Virus record (IMG/VR): IMGVR_UViG_3300046507_000773
Coordinates: 62,001-126,000 of that record
Strand: one strand, 5' to 3'
Length of the DNA stretch: 64,000 bases
The notes under the pieces are model-generated. The model did no database searches. It saw only the letters and a program-made list of their open reading frames with translations, and was not told the DNA's origin. The position numbers were made by a program, and so were the translations under genes. Positions 59,278 to 64,000 of the stretch are shown one piece after another (the first letter of the stretch is position 1; each line of letters begins with the position of its first letter).

Positions 59278-60714
59278 ATGCTGAGCAAACAAGCACTGCA
59301 AACTGCGCTTCCACTGGCTGATGTCCTGGAGTCCGCTCGCGTCTACGTCGAACCGGCACCGGGCTCGCTGCTCGAAGCACTGGTACAAGCCACCCGCACT
59401 CCGTTCGGCGGCATGGACCCGAAATACGTCCCGTCGATCGAAGACGTCGAATACCTGGCCAACATGCAGGATTCGACCACCGGCATCTGCCAGCACGACA
59501 TGGTGATGGACGAGATCTCGGCCAAGGGTATCGAAGGCGTGCAAGCGCTCTTGACCCATGCCCGTACCGTCGTGGCACCGGCTGTCATCAGCCTGGTCAA
59601 GAAGGTCGAAGCGGAACTGGAAAACACGACCAAGAGCGCGCTGGGCGCCATGGAAGTGATCGCCGTTCACTACCCGGCCGTCGTCTACGTCGACTCGTTC
59701 AAGCGCGAAGTGCGCAAGTACGACGAGATCGCTTTCGATGATCCGGATCTGGCAATGCGTTGCCCGACCGTTGCGACTTCCGACATCCGTGAACTGATGA
59801 AGACCGGTTCCGGCCAAGCCGACGGCGCTGTCGAAGAATGGCTCGCCTCGAAAGGCGAATCGTTCCTGATCGATGTCTGGGAAAACATCTTCCAGATCAA
59901 GCAGTCCGGCCTGAACGAAGCGACCACCCGTCGTCTGCGCAGCTACATCGACCATCCGGAACACGGCATGGACTGGGCCATTGCGGTCTACCTGATCGCG
60001 CGCAAGCTGCTGGACCAGGGTCCCCTGGACGACACCGACATGGCGATCTCCCGTTTCGAAGCACTGATGGGCGCTTACCGCGATCAAGCAGCGCTGGCCC
60101 TGTGCCGCGAACTGGACAAGCTGGAAACCGCAGCCAAGACCGGCCGCCTGGTGATCCGTGCGACCGAGCAAAAGGTCTGGGTCGATTCGGCCATCTACGA
60201 CGCATGGCTCGAAGCCGGCGGCGAGATCGAAGTCCTGTACGGCAACCTGCTGGACGGCAACAACCGCCTGACCACGCAGCAGCTGGACGAAGGCGCCGCT
60301 TTCCTGAAAACCCTGTGGATGCGTCACGAAAGCATCACCAAGGTGGCCGATGAAAACAAGCGCTTCTCCCGCGCCCTGAACTTCATCGACGCTTACTTCC
60401 GCGCCTCGGTTGCCGAGATGACGGACGAAGAGCGTCTGAAGGTCACGCCGGAAGCCGTGATGAACATCTTCGCGCAAGAACTGCGCAAGGTGCAAACCTC
60501 GGATCTGGACTGCCTGTACACCACCTGCCTGAAGCTGGTGTGCCGTGCGCGCTTCCCGTACAGCGACGCTGAAGAGCTGCTCGCTAGTTCGACGGCGATC
60601 CAGAAGAAGAACCCGACCATGGACCCATCCGAAGCCATGCTGATGGCCAACCTGCAATACGTGGCGAAGTGGATGACCGAACAATTCGTGGTCAAGCCAT
60701 TGTCGCCGATCTAA
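59278..60714 (+). CDS. Conserved phiKZ-like protein (gp177-syntenic)
   Basis: RBS GGAGG; strong codon bias; lies between the RNAP beta and protease genes. Confidence 0.7.
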   Translation: MLSKQALQTALPLADVLESARVYVEPAPGSLLEALVQATRTPFGGMDPKYVPSIEDVEYLANMQDSTTGICQHDMVMDEISAKGIEGVQALLTHARTVVAPAVISLVKKVEAELENTTKSALGAMEVIAVHYPAVVYVDSFKREVRKYDEIAFDDPDLAMRCPTVATSDIRELMKTGSGQADGAVEEWLASKGESFLIDVWENIFQIKQSGLNEATTRRLRSYIDHPEHGMDWAIAVYLIARKLLDQGPLDDTDMAISRFEALMGAYRDQAALALCRELDKLETAAKTGRLVIRATEQKVWVDSAIYDAWLEAGGEIEVLYGNLLDGNNRLTTQQLDEGAAFLKTLWMRHESITKVADENKRFSRALNFIDAYFRASVAEMTDEERLKVTPEAVMNIFAQELRKVQTSDLDCLYTTCLKLVCRARFPYSDAEELLASSTAIQKKNPTMDPSEAMLMANLQYVAKWMTEQFVVKPLSPI

Positions 60715-60729
60715 GCTTAAAGGAGCAAC

Positions 60730-61455
60730 ATGGACGTTTCCAAGTTGATTCGCGACAAGGACAAGGTCCGTGCTTGCGTCAAGCTGATGCCTGATCGCAG
60801 TCTCGTAGCGCTGAAGGGATGCAAGATCTATATCCCCACGCGCTACGCCGAGCGTGGCTTGGCCGAGATTGGGATTAAGACGTACACCATCGGCATCATG
60901 GCCTGGACGGTGGATGACAAGTATTACTCGGTGTGGGAAATCAACGCCATGTGTCAGTTGACTCCCACCTCCACCGTCAAGACCTGGATCAATGACGATG
61001 AGTACTACGAGTTCTATTTCGAACCCGGTAGCACCGTACTCAAAAGCATCGACCTCGTCAAAGTCGACACATTGACATTTAAGATCTACGACGAAATGTT
61101 CTCCAAAGGACGTATCCCGTGGTTCTTGTCGTACGACGACATGGGCATGATCTTCGACACTGCTGATAAGCACGCAGGCGCTAAGGTGGGCAAGAACCGT
61201 GAAGTTACCGAACTCATGGTTTCGCTCATCGCTCGTCAGCCGCAGGACCGGCACATGCTCTACCGGCATGTGAAAGGTACCCTGGCGGAGATGAAAAAGA
61301 CCCTCCCCGCATTTATCGCTTTACGTAACGTGACGTATTCGGCGACCAACACTGTCAACAAGCTTGGAGGTAGTTACTTCGAGCAAGGCGTGATCAGTGC
61401 GCTCAATTCCCCGTCACAACGCGTGGAGCCCATTGAAGACCTTTTGAGGCGTTAA
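60730..61455 (+). CDS. Conserved phiKZ-like protein (gp176-syntenic)
   Basis: RBS AAGGAG; motifs GRIPWF.SY.D and KLGGSYF..G. Confidence 0.7.
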   Translation: MDVSKLIRDKDKVRACVKLMPDRSLVALKGCKIYIPTRYAERGLAEIGIKTYTIGIMAWTVDDKYYSVWEINAMCQLTPTSTVKTWINDDEYYEFYFEPGSTVLKSIDLVKVDTLTFKIYDEMFSKGRIPWFLSYDDMGMIFDTADKHAGAKVGKNREVTELMVSLIARQPQDRHMLYRHVKGTLAEMKKTLPAFIALRNVTYSATNTVNKLGGSYFEQGVISALNSPSQRVEPIEDLLRR

Positions 61456-61457
61456 TC

Positions 61458-62240
61458 ATGGCAAGTTCCGTTCGTTTTGTCTGTCAGTCCCTGGCTGGCG
61501 TGAACAAGGTCGGCAACCTGAAGCAAGATGAAAACGGTTACTGGACCGTGGTCATTGGTGCTCTGGGTGCCTACAATTCCGCCGGTCACTTCTACGAATA
61601 CGAGTCCGCCAAGGCTCTGTTCGAATCCTCCAGTTCGCTCATGCGCCGTGTCTCCCGCGGCTCCCTGCGTGGCGAATACGGACACCCCCGTCCGGAACGC
61701 GGCCAGTCCGAGGCCGAGTTCGCCAACCGGATCATGTCGATCTGGGAAACGAACACCTGCTGCCAGTTCAAGGAAATCTGGCTCGACTTCGAATCCGTCA
61801 AGGACGAGAAGGGTAAGCCTGTCATCGCCATCATGGCGAAGGTGATTCCGTCCGGTCCCCATGGCCCGGTACTGGAAAAGCAGCTCCAGAACAAAGACGA
61901 GAACGTCTGCTTCTCGATCCGCGCTTTCACCGACGACTACATGGAAGGTGGCATTCGTCACCGCGTCCTGAAGACCGTCGTGACGTTCGACTACGTCAAC
62001 GAGCCTGGCATGTCGGTTGCGAACAAGTACAAGTCGCCGGCGCTGGAAAGTCTGGAAGAAGTGACCATCACTCGCAATACGCTGAACCAAAGCGTGAAGT
62101 CGGTAGCCGGCGTTGCAGCGATGGAATCGGTTTCCATCTCGCTCGAAGAACTCTTCGACAGCATGAACTGGAAGCGTGAGAACGCTCCCAAGCGTAGCGC
62201 TCAACCTGCATGGGTTGGCTGGGCTACCAACGAGCAATAA
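61458..62240 (+). CDS. Prohead (head maturation) protease (phiKZ gp175-like)
   Basis: GEYGHP (His), FSIRA (Ser) and TFDYVNEPG (Asp); C-terminal ALE/AME/SLE self-cleavage-type sites. Confidence 0.88.
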   Translation: MASSVRFVCQSLAGVNKVGNLKQDENGYWTVVIGALGAYNSAGHFYEYESAKALFESSSSLMRRVSRGSLRGEYGHPRPERGQSEAEFANRIMSIWETNTCCQFKEIWLDFESVKDEKGKPVIAIMAKVIPSGPHGPVLEKQLQNKDENVCFSIRAFTDDYMEGGIRHRVLKTVVTFDYVNEPGMSVANKYKSPALESLEEVTITRNTLNQSVKSVAGVAAMESVSISLEELFDSMNWKRENAPKRSAQPAWVGWATNEQ

Positions 62241-62248
62241 CTGCTGAG

Positions 62249-62288
62249 CAGCATAATGGCCCTCCCGTCCTGGGAGGGCTTTATGCCG
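62249..62288. terminator. Terminator, GCATA/TTTATG family
   Basis: CAGCATAAT-GGCCCTCCC GTCCT GGGAGGGC-TTTATGCCG. Confidence 0.8.
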
Positions 62289-62295
62289 TAGTTTC

Positions 62296-62326
62296 AAAAA
62301 GTTTTTAACGACATATCACGAAGGTG
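62296..62326 (+). promoter_or_regulatory. Candidate phage promoter (ACATAT-N7-GTG)
   Basis: AAAAAGTTTTTAACG-ACATAT-CACGAAG-GTG upstream of the 62410 gene. Confidence 0.55.
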
Positions 62327-62409
62327 TCAATGGTATTGGCATTAAGTGATTTTCTTACAGAATACTCTTTTAGTTATAGCCCTTTCCCCCAACCTCCTTA
62401 GGAGACTAG

Positions 62410-63069
62410 ATGAACAAGAATACCGGCGTTGTGATGCAATTCGCAGGCGCCAAATATGACCTGGCGAAACTGATGGCCTTGCTGGGTACTTGCCCCAAGG
62501 TGAAGATCAATGAACTGGAACTGAACGGTCCAGCCAAAGACGAGAAGCAAGCGAACGATCCTGTGTTCGCTGCCAACCGTCAAGACCAGATCGTGACCTA
62601 CCATGGCCAGCCTGCTGAATACCCGCAGTGCGTGATCCTCGTGAAGCAGCACGGCAAGTACACCGTCCTCTACGGTGACTCGATCCGTGACGCTGTCGAA
62701 GAAGCTTACCTCGTGACCTCGCACACCCTCAAGAAGGTGCGTTACGAGCAAAGCCAACCGGCAACGGCTGAACGTGTCCTGACCTCGACTACCACCGGCC
62801 AAATGGCGGACAAGTTCCAGGCAGCGTTTCGCGGCAGCCGTGAGCCGGTTTCGGTCAAGGTGCAAAACGCCGGCGTATCGGGTGCGCATGTCGGTCGCGA
62901 CTGGGCAGGCCATCATCGTGCACAGCAAGATACGTTGACGAGCCAGGTCCGTGGTGAGAAGATCGAGAAGAACACGACCTTCGGCCGCCATGGTTCGGCA
63001 AGTGACGTCCAGCGTGGTACGCACAAGTCGCCCCAGTATCACAGCGGTGCTCGTCGCCGCGAGCAATAA
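62410..63069 (+). CDS. Hypothetical protein with a basic, probably disordered C-terminus
   Basis: RBS AGGAG; 219 aa. Confidence 0.7.
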   Translation: MNKNTGVVMQFAGAKYDLAKLMALLGTCPKVKINELELNGPAKDEKQANDPVFAANRQDQIVTYHGQPAEYPQCVILVKQHGKYTVLYGDSIRDAVEEAYLVTSHTLKKVRYEQSQPATAERVLTSTTTGQMADKFQAAFRGSREPVSVKVQNAGVSGAHVGRDWAGHHRAQQDTLTSQVRGEKIEKNTTFGRHGSASDVQRGTHKSPQYHSGARRREQ

Positions 63070-63214
63070 GTCAATCTGTGGTTTTTTAACAGAAGACTAA
63101 CAAAGCTATGTACAGAATCGATGAGCGCAGTCTGAGCCCATCAAAGCAATTACCGCGATTGCTCTTGCAGTAATCAGACAAACCAACCTCTTTAACAACC
63201 TGAAGGAAAAAGTA

Positions 63215-63736
63215 ATGGCAACCGCAACCGAAAAAGACGTCCTGAAAGCTGAAGCGAAAAAGACCTTCGACGACCTGTCGCCGGAAGTCAAGAAGACCGT
63301 CGAAGCTGCCCGCGGCTACGTCACCATCTCGAACGAAGGCACCCCGGCCGTCGACCCCGCCACCTACGAGCGCCTGCTGGAACTGAACAACTCGAGCAAG
63401 GAAGCCTACATCGGCGTCCAGGAAGCCAATGCCGTCATCTACCCGGCACTGGCCTACGTGTTCGGCGAAAAGGGCATCCCGGTCATGGCCGAGAACGCTG
63501 ACGTCAAGCAGATCACCGGCGTCGTCCCGTGCTTCGGCAAGGACACGATCTCGGTCGGCCTGAAGCGTTCGTCGCCGTACACCCTGCGCGATTCCGAAGG
63601 CACCGTCACCGGCACCGGCACGAGCTTCGGCACCATCAGCGTCGACCACAAGATCTACGCCACCAAGACCCGCGGCGAACTGGCCAAGGTGAAGAACCTG
63701 ATCGGCGAACTCGGCGCAGCTAGCCTGTCGTCGTAA
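63215..63736 (+). CDS. Hypothetical, probably highly expressed protein
   Basis: RBS AAGGA; extreme C/G-ending codon bias. Confidence 0.8.
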   Translation: MATATEKDVLKAEAKKTFDDLSPEVKKTVEAARGYVTISNEGTPAVDPATYERLLELNNSSKEAYIGVQEANAVIYPALAYVFGEKGIPVMAENADVKQITGVVPCFGKDTISVGLKRSSPYTLRDSEGTVTGTGTSFGTISVDHKIYATKTRGELAKVKNLIGELGAASLSS

Positions 63737-63741
63737 AGCAT

Positions 63742-64000
63742 CGGCGCGCGTCGCCGTAGGGAGCTAGCTTCCCCTGTAGCTGCTTGACGTCCGTGCCTTT
63801 GTGCGAGAGTGACGTGGCTGCTCAAATCTTGCCCCCATCGTGGAGCGTGTAAAAGTTAGGAAGCCGTCCGATGGCCGGTTCCCGTAAAGGAAGTTAGCTT
63901 CTCCTGATATCGCCAGCGCTTAGCCTTTGTGCGAAGAAGCGCTTGCGGGGCAAAGACCACAAGGTCAAAGTTAGGGTCTGGGTGACAACGCCCGGACCCG
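63742..64000 (+). ncRNA. Tandem repeat of structured multi-hairpin units (candidate ncRNA array), truncated by the window edge
   Basis: Two units start CCGTA at 63754 and 63882. They share TAGCTT, CCTG, GCCTTTGTGCGA, CAAA and AAAGTTAGG, while the stems differ in sequence yet still pair. Confidence 0.6.

Noticed and set aside
54908-61269. Long antisense ORFs (754 aa and 665 aa; also 20963-22957, 28060-29553 and others)
   Set aside because: They lie opposite well-supported genes and have no motifs. They are the expected result of biased sense-strand codon usage.
63742-64000. CRISPR array, hammerhead ribozymes, c-di-GMP-I riboswitch or tRNAs as the identity of the terminal repeats
   Set aside because: There is no identical repeat with spacers. 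The three-way topology is hammerhead-like but lacks the CUGANGA/GAAA core (CUGUA or CUGAUA, and CAAA). The GGCAAA...AAAG resemblance to c-di-GMP-I occurs in one unit only and lacks GACGC. No cloverleaf or T-loop is present.

Overview
This window is a 64-kb segment of a phiKZ-like (Chimalliviridae-type) jumbo myophage. The assignment rests on motifs and gene order, not on a database search. It carries the 5' part of a probable portal gene, virion and baseplate genes, RuvC, SbcC, RNase H and UvsX. It also carries three split subunits of the virion RNA polymerase, a gp181-like tail lytic transglycosylase and a gp175-like head protease. Accessory content includes an early-gene cluster with a T6SS-type Tae2-like amidase plus Tai2-like immunity pair, a temperate-phage-like holin/secreted-SLT cassette, two candidate spanin pairs, a CYTH protein and a NADAR-like protein. 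Four paralogous FN3/C-type-lectin-fold (DUF1566-like) tail fibres follow, two with ~100-aa Tyr-rich, two-Cys 'stalk-and-knob'-like inserts. Three non-coding signals stand out. One is a dispersed hairpin+TTTATGHYG terminator-like family. Another is an ACATAT-N7-GTG promoter-like motif. The third, at the right edge, is a tandem repeat of ~116-128-nt multi-hairpin units with conserved linkers and co-varying stems: a candidate structured ncRNA array that runs off the window. No tRNA, rRNA, CRISPR array or reverse transcriptase was recognised.
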